A stretch of 64,000 nucleotides of DNA, from assembly GCA_035390125.1 (NCBI GenBank), contig DAOOTD010000001.1:116003-180002 (forward strand). The letters are read 5' to 3'. The position numbers and the translations under genes were made by a program. This document shows, in pieces, positions 1-9,694 of the stretch. Positions within the stretch are counted from its first letter, which is position 1. Every line of letters begins with the position of its first letter. This DNA is from Candidatus Moraniibacteriota bacterium (GTDB taxonomy: Bacteria; Patescibacteriota; Minisyncoccia; Moranbacterales; GWC2-37-73). The notes under the pieces are model-generated. The model saw only the letters and a program-made list of their open reading frames with translations. It was not told where the DNA came from and did no database searches.

Positions 1-912
1 CCAAAAAAAGCTGCAGAAGACGGATGCAATGTCTTCCTGAGCTTATATCAATGCGCTACAATTATGCCTAAAAACATAAGGCATATTATGGTTGTGCATG
101 ACATATTGTTAGAATTTTTTCCCCAATATATTAATAATTTACGTAAAAAATATTTTTGGTATCTTAGCAAACAAGCAATCAAGAAAGCTGACAAAATAAT
201 TTCCGTTTCTCATCGTACAGAAAAAGATCTCATCCAACACCTTGAAATCAATCCGAAAAAAATATCTGTTTCCCATGTTGATGTTGATGAGATTTATAAA
301 AGAAACGTTTCGCAATTCGAAAGTCAGCACATTCTCAATAAATACAATCTAGAGGCAGGATATATATATAATGGTGGAGGAATGGAAATCCGTAAAAACA
401 CCGAGAATGTTTTAAAAGCCTATAAATTACTTTGGGATAAATACGGACAAAATGGTTGGCTGCCAAAACTTGTTATATCTGGAAAATTAATGCCTGAATT
501 GGCTCCGCTTGTGACAGACGCAAAGAAACTTGTCAAAGAATTGAATTTAGAAAATCGCGTGATACTTCTGGATTATGTTCCTCAGGAGGATTTGCCTGCT
601 ATTTATAATAATGCTGTCTTGTTTGTCTACCCGTCTCTCTATGAAGGTTTCGGACTTCCTATACTTGAAGCTATGAATCAGGGAATCCCTGTTATTACTT
701 CAAAAGTTTCCTCGTTGCCTGAAATTGGAAGCGATTCTGTTTTGTATTGTGATCCCAAGAAAGCCGAAGATATAGCGATGGTAATAAAAAACGTCTTGAA
801 TAATAATCATCTAAAAGCGGCACTTTCAATGAAAGGCAGGGAACGTGCAAATCACTTTTCTTTCGAAAATTTTTTAGAGAAATTTTTTAACATAATAAAA
901 AATTTGAAGTGA
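1..912 (+). CDS. Glycosyltransferase family 4 (GT1/GT4 fold), 5'-truncated at window edge
   Basis: Frame is open from nt 1 with no stop before 64. C-terminal EGFGLPILEAM motif typical of GT4 retaining glycosyltransferases. Confidence 0.8.
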   Translation, partial: PKKAAEDGCNVFLSLYQCATIMPKNIRHIMVVHDILLEFFPQYINNLRKKYFWYLSKQAIKKADKIISVSHRTEKDLIQHLEINPKKISVSHVDVDEIYKRNVSQFESQHILNKYNLEAGYIYNGGGMEIRKNTENVLKAYKLLWDKYGQNGWLPKLVISGKLMPELAPLVTDAKKLVKELNLENRVILLDYVPQEDLPAIYNNAVLFVYPSLYEGFGLPILEAMNQGIPVITSKVSSLPEIGSDSVLYCDPKKAEDIAMVIKNVLNNNHLKAALSMKGRERANHFSFENFLEKFFNIIKNLK

Positions 913-2492
913 TAAATTTTATAGAAAATTTTGCCAGTAAATTTCAAGACAAAATGACAAAAAAATATCTTTTTTTTGCTTGTTTAGTAATAATAATTTT
1001 TTTAATCTGGTTTTCTAATATTGGTCTTTTGCCTTTTTCAAATACAATTGACTTCCTGTTTTTTGCCTTTTTGGGTCTTCTTTTTGCCGTCTATCGCCCT
1101 GGTTGGGCATTTGTTTTCCTTATTGGATCAATAGGAATGGAAAATGTGAATGTTGCTTCGCAGAATTTCGGTTTATTTGTCAGGCCATATCAGATACTCG
1201 GAGGATTGATAGCTGTTGCTTTGGGTGTCAGATTTGTAATGAAAAAAATAAATTTTTATTTTCCGAAATTTGGATGGCATGATGCGTTGCCAATCATTTT
1301 TGTTTCTGGAGGTTTTTTGAGTATTCTTTTGGCGCAAAATAAATTAGTGGGGTTTAAACAGTCAGTTGTTGCATTATCTTTTGTAGTTCTTTACTTCTTG
1401 GCAAGAATTTACATTCAATCTCTTGATGATCTTAAACGCATAGCCCCTTTTTTTATTGGCGGAGGATTGCTTGTTGCTCTTTATGCGATTTTGCAGAATA
1501 TTATTTTCATTCAGGGAGGAGATTCTCATGAAATAATGCCTGGCAGGCCGAATGGTACTTTCGCAGAACCTGACTGGCTGGGAATATTTTTGGTATTTTT
1601 GACAGCAGCCATTTTTTCTTTAATTTATTATTTTGAAAAAAATAAAAATAAGTTGCTAATTGTAATTTGCTGGATAATTATCACTTTTACTTTCATAGCT
1701 TTAATGCTAACCGTTTCCCGCAGTTCCTGGCTGGGTACTTTACTGGTTACGATATTTTTCCTGAAAATAATGCTTACAGGAGGGTTATTGAAAGTGTCCG
1801 AATGGGATTGGAAAAAATTTACGCGTGCATTAATAAATGTTATAGCGGTATTAATTATAAGTATTGGTGTTATTTATATTTTCAATCTCTCACGTTTCCA
1901 AATTTGGAATCGTGCGGCGAGTACAGGAGGTTTGCAAAAAATAACTGTTGCTTGCATAGCACAAAATTCAAGTGTCCCTGAAAAAATTGCCAATATTAAT
2001 GAATTAGAAAAATATGGATGCAGGCACATAAATTTGGAAGATATTAGAAAAGAAAAGGATTTAGGAAAAGAAATAAGAGAAATTTACAGGCCGGATCCGA
2101 ATGTAAATATCCGTGCCGGAATTTACAGAAAATCAATTGAACAAATCAAACAGCATCCGATTTTGGGAATCGGGTGGGGGAATATCAGTGAAGTCTTAGG
2201 CACGGATGAACGCGGTGCAGGCCTCAACGCCAGCAATATATTCCTGGAAATTTGGCTGGGGGCAGGATTGATCGGAATAGTTTCATTTTTGTTTTTATTG
2301 GGGTATATTTTTATCAAAGGTGCGATAATATTCTTGGATAAAAAAAACGAAGACAAAACTATTGCAGTTTTCCTTCTTCTCGGTTGGGCGGCAGTTGTAG
2401 TTCCGAATATTTTCAACTCAGGAATATTCCTCGGATTTTTATGGGTATATCTAGCGATAGCTGTTTCCTTAACTGAAAATAAACAGGAATAA
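909..2492 (+). CDS. Polytopic membrane protein, O-antigen ligase/polymerase (Wzy/WaaL)-like
   Basis: About 12 predicted TM helices plus a large extracytoplasmic loop. Sits between glycosyltransferases. 4-nt overlap with the upstream GT suggests an operon. Confidence 0.55.
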   Translation: MINFIENFASKFQDKMTKKYLFFACLVIIIFLIWFSNIGLLPFSNTIDFLFFAFLGLLFAVYRPGWAFVFLIGSIGMENVNVASQNFGLFVRPYQILGGLIAVALGVRFVMKKINFYFPKFGWHDALPIIFVSGGFLSILLAQNKLVGFKQSVVALSFVVLYFLARIYIQSLDDLKRIAPFFIGGGLLVALYAILQNIIFIQGGDSHEIMPGRPNGTFAEPDWLGIFLVFLTAAIFSLIYYFEKNKNKLLIVICWIIITFTFIALMLTVSRSSWLGTLLVTIFFLKIMLTGGLLKVSEWDWKKFTRALINVIAVLIISIGVIYIFNLSRFQIWNRAASTGGLQKITVACIAQNSSVPEKIANINELEKYGCRHINLEDIRKEKDLGKEIREIYRPDPNVNIRAGIYRKSIEQIKQHPILGIGWGNISEVLGTDERGAGLNASNIFLEIWLGAGLIGIVSFLFLLGYIFIKGAIIFLDKKNEDKTIAVFLLLGWAAVVVPNIFNSGIFLGFLWVYLAIAVSLTENKQE

Positions 2493-2493
2493 T

Positions 2494-3633
2494 ATGCGAA
2501 TAGGCATCGATATAAGGCTGATAGGCAAAAAAAGGACCGGTGATGAAACGGTAATTTTTAATTTGGTGAAAAATCTGGCTTTGATTGATGAAAGTAATGA
2601 ATATTTTTTATTTACAGATACGAAAGAAGAAAAAAATATATCGGAAATAAAAAAAGATTTAGGAATTGCAAATAAAAATAATTTTAAAACTGTTTCATTA
2701 TCAGCAGGGAACAAATTTATTTGGAATGCCTGGGTTTTGCCAAGATATTTAAAAAATAATCCGGTGGACGTCTATCATACGCAATATATTACTCCTTGGT
2801 TCGTTCCCAGGGAAATAAAAATTATAACTACAATCCATGATATTTCTTTTAATTTTTTCCCGCAATTCATAAAATTTTCCGATCTGTTTTTTTTAAAAAC
2901 GCTTATTCCTATAAGTCTAAAAAGAGCCGACAAAATTATTGCCGTGTCGCAATTTACCAGAGAAGAAATAATAAAATTTTACAAAATAGCTCCAGGTAAA
3001 GTTGATTATGTCTATAATTCCATCAGTGATGAATTTTTAGATGGCGATATTCCTGAAGAAAAACTAAGAGAGGTCAAGAATAAATATGCTTTGCCTGAAA
3101 AATTCATTTTATACATCGGGACATTACAACCTAGAAAAAACATTCCGCAACTAATCGAAGCTTTTGCGCGTATTAAGGATAGGCTGGGAGAGTTTAAGTT
3201 AGTAATATGCGGCAATAAACAAGGCCATAATTATGACAGGAGAATAGAAAATTCAATAGAAACAAATGGCCTGAAAAATGAAGTTATTTTTCCTGGATTT
3301 ATTGAGGAAAAAGACAAAAAATCCGTTTATAAATTGGCTCATCTTTTTGTCTTTCCGTCACTTTATGAAGGATTTGGAATCCCAGTTCTCGAGTCTATGA
3401 GCCAAAAAGTACCAGTGGCTGCTTCAGATATACCTAGCTTAAGGGAAATTGCCGGAGATGGCGCTGAATATTTTAATGCAAGCTCCCTTGATAATTTTTC
3501 TCAGGTAATGTATAGTATTTGTGTTAATGAAAGACTCAGAAAAGAGGTGATGCAGTCGGGCGCTGAAAGGATCAACTTTTTTTCTTGGAAAAAGTCTGCT
3601 GAAAAATTACTTGCAATATATAAGAATTTATAG
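2494..3633 (+). CDS. Glycosyltransferase family 4
   Basis: EGFGIPVLESM motif and GT4 C-terminal domain architecture. Confidence 0.8.
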   Translation: MRIGIDIRLIGKKRTGDETVIFNLVKNLALIDESNEYFLFTDTKEEKNISEIKKDLGIANKNNFKTVSLSAGNKFIWNAWVLPRYLKNNPVDVYHTQYITPWFVPREIKIITTIHDISFNFFPQFIKFSDLFFLKTLIPISLKRADKIIAVSQFTREEIIKFYKIAPGKVDYVYNSISDEFLDGDIPEEKLREVKNKYALPEKFILYIGTLQPRKNIPQLIEAFARIKDRLGEFKLVICGNKQGHNYDRRIENSIETNGLKNEVIFPGFIEEKDKKSVYKLAHLFVFPSLYEGFGIPVLESMSQKVPVAASDIPSLREIAGDGAEYFNASSLDNFSQVMYSICVNERLRKEVMQSGAERINFFSWKKSAEKLLAIYKNL

Positions 3634-3674
3634 CATAATTGAGCAGAAATTAATAAGTTAAATAAATCATAATT

Positions 3675-4898
3675 ATGATAGACGAAAATGCAGATTATAA
3701 AGAGAATTCGGATAATTCTCTAAAGAAAAAAAAGAAGAGGTGGCTAGCGCCGCTTTTAATTGTTATTGCAGTGTTTGTTTTTGTAGGTGGCTTTTTTGCT
3801 TGGAAAACAGGATTTACTTTCAGCAAAATTTCGACTAAGGGCAGTGGAGGATTTTTTGACAGCCTAGCACATGCTATTCCTGGGGTTAAAGATACATTGA
3901 AGGGCGAAGAAGAAGATCGCATAAACATTGCTCTCTTGGGCATGCGTGGTGAAAACGATTCTTCTGGTGGTACTCTAGCTGATACGATCATAGTTGCCAG
4001 TATTGAGCCAAAGGCAAATAGAATTGCGCTAGTATCGGTCCCAAGAGATTTGTGGGTAAAAAATCCCGGAACACAGAGTTACAGCAAAATAAATGCTGTG
4101 CATGCTTATGGGGAAGAAGATGGAAAAGGGCAGGGACTTTCTCAAATGGAAAAGGTTTTGGAAGAGGTTTTGGGTTCGCAGATACACTATGCTGTAAAAA
4201 TTGATTTCAAAGGTTTTGTTGATTTGGTTGATGCTATCGGTGGGGTAGAAATTACATTAGATAAGCCTTTTGAGGAAGGCGTACAGTTTAACAAGCCACA
4301 TGTATGTGATTCTTATTTTACTGTTCCAACGGGAGAATATGAAAATAAAACAGTAACATATTTCAGTGAATCATCGCGTACTTACAAAAAGAGAATAGTT
4401 GCAAGCTATCCTTTATGTACGGCGCCATCCAGCACATTGGAATGCGGAGGAAATTTTAAATTACCTGCTGGCACTCAAACTTTGAATGCTAAACAAACCT
4501 TATGTTTTGTACGTTCACGTGAAACATCAAGTGATTTCGAAAGAGCCAAACGGCAGCAGATAATTATTAAAGAAATTCAGAAAAAAGTGACAAGCATTGG
4601 CACGCTAAGTGATTTTAGCAAAGTAAATGCCATTCTTGATGCGCTTGGAAATAATGTAAAAACAGACATGCAGGCCTGGGAAATGAAAAGGTTATATGAT
4701 TTGTATAAAACGATGCAGAGCCCTCAAATAGCTCAGCGGGTTCTTGAGAATTCCCAAGAAGGGTTGCTATATGTTCCAGCTGAAACACCTGAGAGAGGTT
4801 ATACTTTGCAACCGATAGGGGATAATTATGATCGTATTCATGAAATGTTTAAAAATATCTTCACTCTTCCTGAGCAGTCGGATATAAAACCAAAATAA
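3675..4898 (+). CDS. LytR-CpsA-Psr (LCP) family cell-envelope phosphotransferase
   Basis: N-terminal TM anchor. INIALLGMRGEND...GTLADTIIV...IALVSVPRDLWV matches LCP core motifs. Confidence 0.8.
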   Translation: MIDENADYKENSDNSLKKKKKRWLAPLLIVIAVFVFVGGFFAWKTGFTFSKISTKGSGGFFDSLAHAIPGVKDTLKGEEEDRINIALLGMRGENDSSGGTLADTIIVASIEPKANRIALVSVPRDLWVKNPGTQSYSKINAVHAYGEEDGKGQGLSQMEKVLEEVLGSQIHYAVKIDFKGFVDLVDAIGGVEITLDKPFEEGVQFNKPHVCDSYFTVPTGEYENKTVTYFSESSRTYKKRIVASYPLCTAPSSTLECGGNFKLPAGTQTLNAKQTLCFVRSRETSSDFERAKRQQIIIKEIQKKVTSIGTLSDFSKVNAILDALGNNVKTDMQAWEMKRLYDLYKTMQSPQIAQRVLENSQEGLLYVPAETPERGYTLQPIGDNYDRIHEMFKNIFTLPEQSDIKPK

Positions 4899-4937
4899 GT
4901 CTAAAAAACCTAAAATTTCCTGTTAATTCTTTCCTGC

Positions 4938-5747
4938 ATGGAGCTTTCTATTATAGTTACTAACTATGGCAATCCAGAGCTTTTGAGATTATGTCTGGAT
5001 TCAATTAAGAAATGCGTAACTGGCGTTACGTATGAATTGATTGTTGCTGAAAGTGAAACGAAAGAAAACACAGAAATGATGATGCGTGAGGACTTTCCAG
5101 ATGTTAAGTTTTTTCCCGACAAAAAAAATATAGGTTTTATGGCTTGCGTCAAAAAGGGAATTGAATACAGCAGTGGTGAATATATATTGATCCTGAATGG
5201 TGACATCGTGGTCGGATCAGATGCCGTCCAAAAAATGCTAGATTTTTTAAAAAGTGATTCCTTAATCGGAATGGTCGGACCAAAACTGCTGAACTTCAAT
5301 GGTACGCTTCAGATTTCTTGTTCACGTTTTTACAAGCCTATCACGATAATATACAGGAGAAGTTTTTTGGGGCGTTTTTCCTTTGCAAAAAAACATCTGG
5401 ACTGGTTTCAAATGAAAGATTATGACCATAAATCTCCTAAAGAAGTTGATTGGCTAATGGGCAGTGCCATTATGATTTCCCGCGAGGCAATTGAAAAAGT
5501 AGGCCTGATGGATCCGCGTTATTTCATGTATTTTGAAGATGTTGATTGGTGCCGCAGATTTTGGGAGAATGGTTATAAAGTTATTTATTATCCATTAGCA
5601 TTAATGCATCACTATCATGGCAGAAGCAGCGCAAAAGGCGGAATCATAAAGGCTCTTCTGATCAATAAATATGCCTGGATTCATATTTTCAGTGCCATAA
5701 AATATTTTAAAAAATTTTGGGGGAAGCCTCTGCCTAAACATAATTGA
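4938..5747 (+). CDS. Glycosyltransferase family 2
   Basis: GT-A fold N-terminus (IVTNYGNPELL) and the DVDWCRRF motif typical of GT2. Confidence 0.75.
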   Translation: MELSIIVTNYGNPELLRLCLDSIKKCVTGVTYELIVAESETKENTEMMMREDFPDVKFFPDKKNIGFMACVKKGIEYSSGEYILILNGDIVVGSDAVQKMLDFLKSDSLIGMVGPKLLNFNGTLQISCSRFYKPITIIYRRSFLGRFSFAKKHLDWFQMKDYDHKSPKEVDWLMGSAIMISREAIEKVGLMDPRYFMYFEDVDWCRRFWENGYKVIYYPLALMHHYHGRSSAKGGIIKALLINKYAWIHIFSAIKYFKKFWGKPLPKHN

Positions 5748-5754
5748 ATTTTTT

Positions 5755-7053
5755 ATGCAGGAAATTGATAACAATAAAATAAAGGAAAATTTTCCGGAAG
5801 AATATCAGCAGCACAGAAAAAAAATGATGCGAAGTTATTTACAACTGGGCATTTTGGTTTTGTTTTGCACTGTTTTTTTCTGGATAGGATTCAATAGGGG
5901 AAAAATAAGCCAAAACGAAGATATTCCACTGCAGCTTCAGAAAACGGTTTTTACCAATAAGGAAAAAAGTAACAACAATACCATTGATTTCTCTCTTTTT
6001 TGGAAAGTATGGGATTTGTTGAAAGATAAATATGTTGACGTGAAAAGCTTGGATGCAAATAATTTATATTACGGAGCCATTAAGGGAATGATGGAAGCTA
6101 CTAATGATCCGTATACGACATTTTTTACTGCTGAGGAAAACAAAAGGTTCAATGAAGATATTACCGGAAATTTTGAAGGCATAGGTGCGGAACTTGGAAT
6201 TAAAAATGGCATACTTACAATCATTGCACCACTCCAGGGAACTCCGTCAGAAAAGGCTGGGCTTCGCAGCGGAGACAAAATAATAAAAATTGACGACAAA
6301 AATTCTGCGGACATGATGATTGAGGAAGCAGTGAATAGCATACGTGGTCCGAAAGGCTCATCAGTAAAGCTTACAATTTTTCGTGAAGGAGAAAATGATA
6401 CCCGGGATGTAACAGTGGAGAGAGATGTTATAAACGTAAAAAGCGTATCGATTGACTGGAAGGAAAACAATATTGCTTACATAGAAATAACACGTTTCGG
6501 AGATGATACGCTAAGCGGCTTTGCTTCTGCTATTCTGCAAGTCAGGACCAGGAAAGCTAGCGGGCTTATCATAGACCTCAGAAACAATCCTGGCGGATAT
6601 TTGGATACTTCCATAGATCTGGCCAGTATGCTTTTGCCAAAAGGCAAGATTGTAGTTATAGAGGAAACCAGGGATAAAAATCAGAAAAATATGTATACAA
6701 GCGGGGGAGATATGGCCAGCGGAATTGAAACAGTGGTGCTGATAAATGAAGGTAGTGCCAGCGCTTCCGAAATTCTAGCTGGGGCACTAAGAGACAATCG
6801 TGACAATGTTACAATATTGGGCAAAAAATCATTCGGCAAGGGATCAGTGCAAGAATTTATTGAATTGCCTCAAAATAATGCGGTAAAAATAACTGTTGGA
6901 CGCTGGCTGACTCCAAAAGGAGTGCAGATCAACGAGCATGGGATAATGCCTGATAAAGAAGTTAATCTCACTAATGATGATTACAACAATAACAGAGACC
7001 CTCAACTAGAGGCAGCGATAACAACATTAAAAGAAAAATTAAACCTTAAATAA
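5755..7053 (+). CDS. ctpA: Carboxyl-terminal processing protease (S41 peptidase with PDZ)
   Basis: N-terminal TM. PDZ segment GLRSGDKIIKIDD. S41 catalytic region GASASASEILAGAL...KSFGKGSVQ. Confidence 0.85.
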   Translation: MQEIDNNKIKENFPEEYQQHRKKMMRSYLQLGILVLFCTVFFWIGFNRGKISQNEDIPLQLQKTVFTNKEKSNNNTIDFSLFWKVWDLLKDKYVDVKSLDANNLYYGAIKGMMEATNDPYTTFFTAEENKRFNEDITGNFEGIGAELGIKNGILTIIAPLQGTPSEKAGLRSGDKIIKIDDKNSADMMIEEAVNSIRGPKGSSVKLTIFREGENDTRDVTVERDVINVKSVSIDWKENNIAYIEITRFGDDTLSGFASAILQVRTRKASGLIIDLRNNPGGYLDTSIDLASMLLPKGKIVVIEETRDKNQKNMYTSGGDMASGIETVVLINEGSASASEILAGALRDNRDNVTILGKKSFGKGSVQEFIELPQNNAVKITVGRWLTPKGVQINEHGIMPDKEVNLTNDDYNNNRDPQLEAAITTLKEKLNLK

Positions 7054-7098
7054 AATAACCATCATTTAAATAGACAGTGATTTTTAAAAAAGTGCTGC

Positions 7099-7125
7099 TT
7101 CATAGGCAGCACTTTCTTTGTTCTA
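7099..7125. terminator. Bidirectional hairpin terminator between convergent ctpA and rhodanese-like genes
   Basis: Perfect inverted repeat GTGCTGC-TTCATAG-GCAGCAC flanked by A/T runs. Confidence 0.6.
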
Positions 7126-7138
7126 AATTTAAAAAGAT

Positions 7139-7960
7139 TTATTTAGTTATAGGGTATCCTTTTTCTTCCCATTTCGGCATTGCACCTTTCAGGACAAAAG
7201 GAGAAACCAAAAGCATGTCATACATCTTTACGGATGATTGAAATTCATGAAGTTCGCTTATTCCGACAACCACAACCCTTTTCTCTTTAATTTCCCGGCG
7301 TCTTTTTTCCAGATCATCAGAGGGGATGTTTATTGCTCCGGGAATATGCCCTTTAGAATATTCCTCAGCCGTCCTTACATCGATAATGAACATAGGAACA
7401 TTCTGCTTGAGAGCCTCATTTAATTTTTCTGGCTCAACATAATAAACCTTAGATTGATCTACGAATGAGGTCGGGTCGCCGTAGGTTACTGTTGTTCCTC
7501 CGGTCTGTTTCCATAAAAGCATACCTCCAAGTAAAACCAAATAATCTTTGAAATTTTCTTTTTTCAGTTCGTCAACCGTCTTTTTGATGTTTTCGTCATT
7601 TTCTTCGGCACCGATGACAATAACCTGCTTGTGCAAATCAATTTTTGAATTCAAAGGAAACTCATCGGGAGTGATGTTTATGGAATCTACGATATGCTCC
7701 CTGGCATAAGAATCAAAAGATCTTACGTCGAGCAATACAAGGGGAGTATCTTCTTTAGAGAGAAGCATTTTTTTGTTCAAGTCTTTGACATTAATTGTCG
7801 GATAGTCAGGTTTGGAATAGCTTTGTCCGCTTAAATTCAAATCATTTGAAGAGTCTTTGTTTTCAAATAAATTGCTGCGGAACAAAGTAATAAGTATGAC
7901 AATAAGAATCAGAAAGAAACCTAAAGTTATGACAATTTTTTCTTTTTTTTCGTTGATCAT
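7139..7960 (-). CDS. Membrane-anchored tandem rhodanese-like domain protein (both domains lack the catalytic Cys)
   Basis: Two rhodanese-like segments (LLDVRSFDSYAREHI and IIDVRTAEEYSKGHIPGAINIP). The active-site loop positions read VIVIGAEEND and VVVVGISELH with no Cys. Confidence 0.65.
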   Translation of the reverse strand: MINEKKEKIVITLGFFLILIVILITLFRSNLFENKDSSNDLNLSGQSYSKPDYPTINVKDLNKKMLLSKEDTPLVLLDVRSFDSYAREHIVDSINITPDEFPLNSKIDLHKQVIVIGAEENDENIKKTVDELKKENFKDYLVLLGGMLLWKQTGGTTVTYGDPTSFVDQSKVYYVEPEKLNEALKQNVPMFIIDVRTAEEYSKGHIPGAINIPSDDLEKRRREIKEKRVVVVGISELHEFQSSVKMYDMLLVSPFVLKGAMPKWEEKGYPITK

Positions 7961-8007
7961 AGAAAAACATTAAAAATCACTGTGTATATTATAGCACATA
8001 AATTTTA

Positions 8008-8133
8008 CCCCCACACCAATTCGGCACAGTGCCATAAGCACAAAAAATATCCCTATCAGTTATTTATTTAAAAAAATTAACGCAATACATTTTAATAAAA
8101 TTCATCTGCTAAAGTACCAGATTGGTGTGGGGG
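8008..8133. repeat. 13-bp perfect inverted repeat (CCCCCACACCAAT / ATTGGTGTGGGGG) enclosing ~100 nt
   Basis: Read directly from the sequence at 8008-8020 and 8121-8133. An internal GGCAC-A-GTGCC mini-hairpin is also present. Lies between the fmt stop and the rhodanese promoter. Confidence 0.6.
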
Positions 8134-8135
8134 TT

Positions 8136-9125
8136 TTATTGAAGTATGCTTCCTATAAAACCGGGTTTTCCATTTGCAAATTCCTGGGTCTTCATCTTTT
8201 TCTTTCCTTCCTGCTGGATTTCTTTGATAAGAATAATTCCGCTGGCAGCCTGTACAGCGATATCGTTGCCAATTCTGAAAACTTCTCCCTCCCTGTATTT
8301 TTCCAAAGCATTCTTTTCCTGAAGAGAAATGGAGATTAGTTTTATGCGGACAGTTTTTGAATCAGTTTTCCAATAAGAAAAAATTCCTGGCCAGGGAGTA
8401 AGCGCGCGATAACGGTTATAAATAGATTTGGCATTCCCATTCCAATTTACATGTCCATCTTCGCGTTCAATGAGTTGACAGGAAGTTGCATTTTTGTTGT
8501 CCTGAGGCTGCTGTTTGATTTTTCCTTTTGTCCACTGAGGAATTGTTTTCAGAAGCAAATCCGATCCTAAAAGCGAAAATTTTTCCATTAAAGTTTTTGT
8601 GTTGTCGTCAGGAGATATGGCTATTTTTTCCTGTGCCAGGATGTCTCCGGTATCAACTCCCTTATCCATCAGCATGATAGTAACGCCCGTTTCTGTTTCT
8701 CCGTTAATGAGGGAGTTCTGAACAGGCGAAGGTCCACGATATTTTGGAAGCAGAGAAGCATGCACATTTATAAAACCAAACTTGGGTATGTCCAAAGCTG
8801 ACTCAGGAATAATTTTTCCATAAGCGGCAACAACCGTCATTTCCGGATTCAATTCTCTAAGTTTCCTTATTGCTTCATCATTAAATTTATCTGGCTGAAA
8901 AACAGGAATCTTATGGATTTCTGCCAATTTTTTTACAAGAGGAGAAGCTTCTTCATGCTGGCGTCCGACTTTAGTGTCAGGTTTAGTGAAGACGCCAATA
9001 ACATGATATTTTTTTATCAGAGATTCAAGTATGGCAGCCGATAATTCAGAAGTTCCCATAAAAACCACTGAAAGATTTGCTTCTTTTGAATGTGGTTTTA
9101 CTTTGTCTCCTTTTTTATTGGGCAT
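8136..9125 (-). CDS. fmt: Methionyl-tRNA formyltransferase
   Basis: FMGTSELSAAILESL N-terminus and the HASLLPKYRGPSPVQNSLINGETETGVTIM formyltransferase core. Overlaps def as in def-fmt operons. Confidence 0.9.
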   Translation of the reverse strand: MPNKKGDKVKPHSKEANLSVVFMGTSELSAAILESLIKKYHVIGVFTKPDTKVGRQHEEASPLVKKLAEIHKIPVFQPDKFNDEAIRKLRELNPEMTVVAAYGKIIPESALDIPKFGFINVHASLLPKYRGPSPVQNSLINGETETGVTIMLMDKGVDTGDILAQEKIAISPDDNTKTLMEKFSLLGSDLLLKTIPQWTKGKIKQQPQDNKNATSCQLIEREDGHVNWNGNAKSIYNRYRALTPWPGIFSYWKTDSKTVRIKLISISLQEKNALEKYREGEVFRIGNDIAVQAASGIILIKEIQQEGKKKMKTQEFANGKPGFIGSILQ

Positions 9126-9580
9126 TTTTTTGAAGATTTTTTAATCCTGTTTATAAAAACTATTCCGTCAAGATGATCTATTTCGTGCTGGAAAGCTCTC
9201 GCCAGCAAGCCGCGGGCTTTTATTTTTTTAGACTTTCCGCTCTCATCATCATATCTGACCTGAACTTCATGAAATCGCGCAACGGGATAAAACTCTCCCG
9301 GAAAGCTCAAGCATCCTTCCTCGCAAGTTTCCTTATTTTTTGATTTAGCTGTGATTTTTGGATTGATAAGCACATAGCGCGTGCCTTCCAGTTCGATTAT
9401 GCACAAACGCAAACCTATTCCAACCTGCGGAGCTGCCAGTCCGATCCCGTTATTGTTGGAATGCAATGTTTCCGTCATGTCAAAAATGAGCCTTTGGATT
9501 TTTTCGTCCATAGGGTCCTTTATTTTTTCCGCTTTTTTCAGCAAAATAGGATCCGGATATTTTTTGATTTCTAAATTCAT
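9098..9580 (-). CDS. def: Peptide deformylase
   Basis: GLAAPQVG, EGCLSFPG and HEIDHLDG motifs (the three PDF signature motifs). Confidence 0.9.
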   Translation of the reverse strand: MNLEIKKYPDPILLKKAEKIKDPMDEKIQRLIFDMTETLHSNNNGIGLAAPQVGIGLRLCIIELEGTRYVLINPKITAKSKNKETCEEGCLSFPGEFYPVARFHEVQVRYDDESGKSKKIKARGLLARAFQHEIDHLDGIVFINRIKKSSKKCPIKKETK

Positions 9581-9644
9581 AATTGTTTTAATATTATCAT
9601 AAATAAACGATTTTTGTACATAGTTATGCCTATTTTGAGATAAA

Positions 9645-9685
9645 AAATCCTCATGCGATATGATTTACCGCATGAGGATTGAAAA
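9645..9685 (-). terminator. Rho-independent terminator for the 9695..10096 gene
   Basis: Inverted repeat AATCCTCATGCG...CGCATGAGGATT followed by a T-run on the minus strand. Confidence 0.6.
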
Positions 9686-9694
9686 ACAACAACA

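Noticed and set aside
139-330. Short antisense or alternative-frame ORFs nested inside longer, well-supported genes. The pattern recurs at 1667..1981, 2123..2416, 3695..3991, 4964..5299, 6069..6470, 12350..12721, 22163..22459, 22211..22552, 25019..25561, 35305..35646, 39875..40363, 42542..43334, 47828..48159, 52769..53083 and 53309..53686.
   Set aside because: Each lies wholly within a longer ORF that has clear family signatures on the other strand or frame. Their translations are low-complexity or codon-bias artefacts. No SD or promoter support.
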